Source: the human T2T-CHM13v2.0 reference genome, Homo sapiens. From it: a stretch of DNA of 64,000 nucleotides. The stretch's first letter is position 1. Every line of letters begins with the position of its first letter. The notes beneath the pieces were generated by a model. The model was given only the letters and a program-made list of their open reading frames with translations, was not told where the DNA came from and did not search any database. Location of the stretch: positions 20,896,001 through 20,960,000 of the forward strand of contig CP068257.2 of NCBI GenBank assembly GCA_009914755.4, in the 5' to 3' direction. The translations under genes were made by a program, and so were the position numbers. Below are positions 62,401 to 64,000 of this stretch, piece by piece.

Positions 62401-64000
62401 TAGCTCTGTCTAGGCAGCAGGCAAGGTGAACCCCTTGGGCGGTTACAACAACATATTGTGCAGATCACTATGATGCAGGATTTTTGCTTCTCAGTTCAGC
62501 TAAATCCATGTTCTTGTCTCACAACCAGGAAAAATTAGGCACAAGGACACATTGAAGAGTGAGCGGGCGGAATATATTAAGTGAAAGGAAAGCTCTCAAC
62601 AAAGAGAGAGGTCCTGCACTTAGGTTTCCACCTCACAAAATTGAATGCCAGGTTACCACACACTAGTTGAAGAGGCAAGGCTCCTCCCCAGCATAAGGTG
62701 TGAATTTCTGGTGGCTATACTCTATTCACCCCGTGCATGTGGGGAATGCCCAAACAAGACAAGCCCCCTATGCAGGTTCCCCTATCTGCAAAAACCTGGT
62801 GGAAAGACTTGTGGGATGGGTTGGAAATTCTCCAGGGACCTTTCTCTATTTGCCTGAGCATTTGGCTGTCTCTTGCCCCTATCAACTATTCACTACATAA
62901 AATTAGTCCCTTGCAAGTATTTTCATGCTTATCCCAAAGCTTGTGTAGATGACACTTCATTTCAGTTAATGGGTTCTGTGAAAAGTTTTCCTTAAATAAG
63001 CAAGAAGAAAAAAATGCTGTCTTTTCGATCTAGAACGCTCACACCAATCATAAAAAGAAAAATCAACTTGTATTAAATTGGTTCTACAAAAGATATGTTA
63101 ACTGGAACAGAGTTCAATATCTATAGAAAATGTTAGATGGAAACCAAAACTTGAACATTGTTTTTAATTAAAAAAGGCTCATTAGTTTTGAGTTTGTCAG
63201 CACAATAACCTAAATATGTCTGCAAAATAACAGAGTCATTATCATTGAACTATATGTAGATCTGAAAATAAGTATCAGTACAACAGGCTTCCCCCCTCTA
63301 CTTTTTTCCTTCCTGCCCTACCCACGAATAGAGAACAACTTCTCTTTCACCTGTGCCAAGGATTAGGAGAAATGGTAAATTATTAGTTTATATATATATA
63401 TATATATCCAGGAATTAAAAAATTGCATGCAAATTTAAAACAATGTTCTACAGCAGTAATTTAACTAGCATTAGAAGGTTGAAGACATTAGTATATAAAA
63501 GTTCATTTGATTTAATTCATTATTTTAAGCTAGAAATTTACTCCCGTGCAATTCACTTTTTTCCTTTCTTTTTTTCAGGTGTAAGTACAAACTGGAAAAG
63601 GATATTTAATTATTAATTTAGAAGAGAAAAAGTTGTGCAGAGGGTGAGCTAACATAGATGGAAGAACGGAACGTAAATATATCAATTCTGCCGTTTAAAT
63701 AAGAATCAAACTGGCCTCAAACCACAGCAGCGTAATTTCCATAGAGAAAAAAGTAAAACTCGAATAAAAGAATTAACTAAATAAAATACACCCAAAAAAA
63801 GACAAAATCAATTTTTATTTCAAGTGTTCATGGAGGAGATAAGTATAGATCTCAGGTAGTCTCATTAAGCACAGTTTTCAGAAATTATAAAAAGTTGAAA
63901 TATTGCAGACAAGACTATGTGATTATATTACACTAAAATAAAATGTCAAAAACATAAGCACATATAAAAACTGTTACTAAAAATAACAATTATATGATAG

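Overview
This window reads as primate (human-like) nuclear DNA, not a prokaryotic locus. It is AT-rich and carries about 33 Alu SINEs (ranging from young Y/S-like to old J-like), several L1 fragments on both strands, MaLR LTRs of the THE1/MST and MLT1 types, and ERV1-class LTRs including an LTR12 (HERV9-type) solo LTR. It also holds Tigger-family DNA-transposon remnants, several simple-sequence repeats and a few short tandem duplications. I can support no host protein-coding gene, rRNA, tRNA, CRISPR array or bacterial-type system. Essentially every ORF in the six-frame track overlaps a repeat: L1 ORF2 remnants, the characteristic frame translations of Alu, read-through of poly-A or GC-rich LTR U3 sequence. 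The non-routine structures are nested and rearranged transposon insertions. These are an LTR12 inside an Alu, an L1 with an inversion next to a THE1/MST LTR fragment, a younger Alu inside the tail of an older Alu, and Alus inside L1 and LTR elements. There is also a second ERV1 LTR-like block with a moderately CpG-rich tail, several closely spaced inverted Alu pairs, and two diverged copies of one unclassified repeat about 40 kb apart. Family names come from sequence recognition by eye and boundaries are approximate (about ±10 bp). Several old repeat families are recognised but not confidently named.
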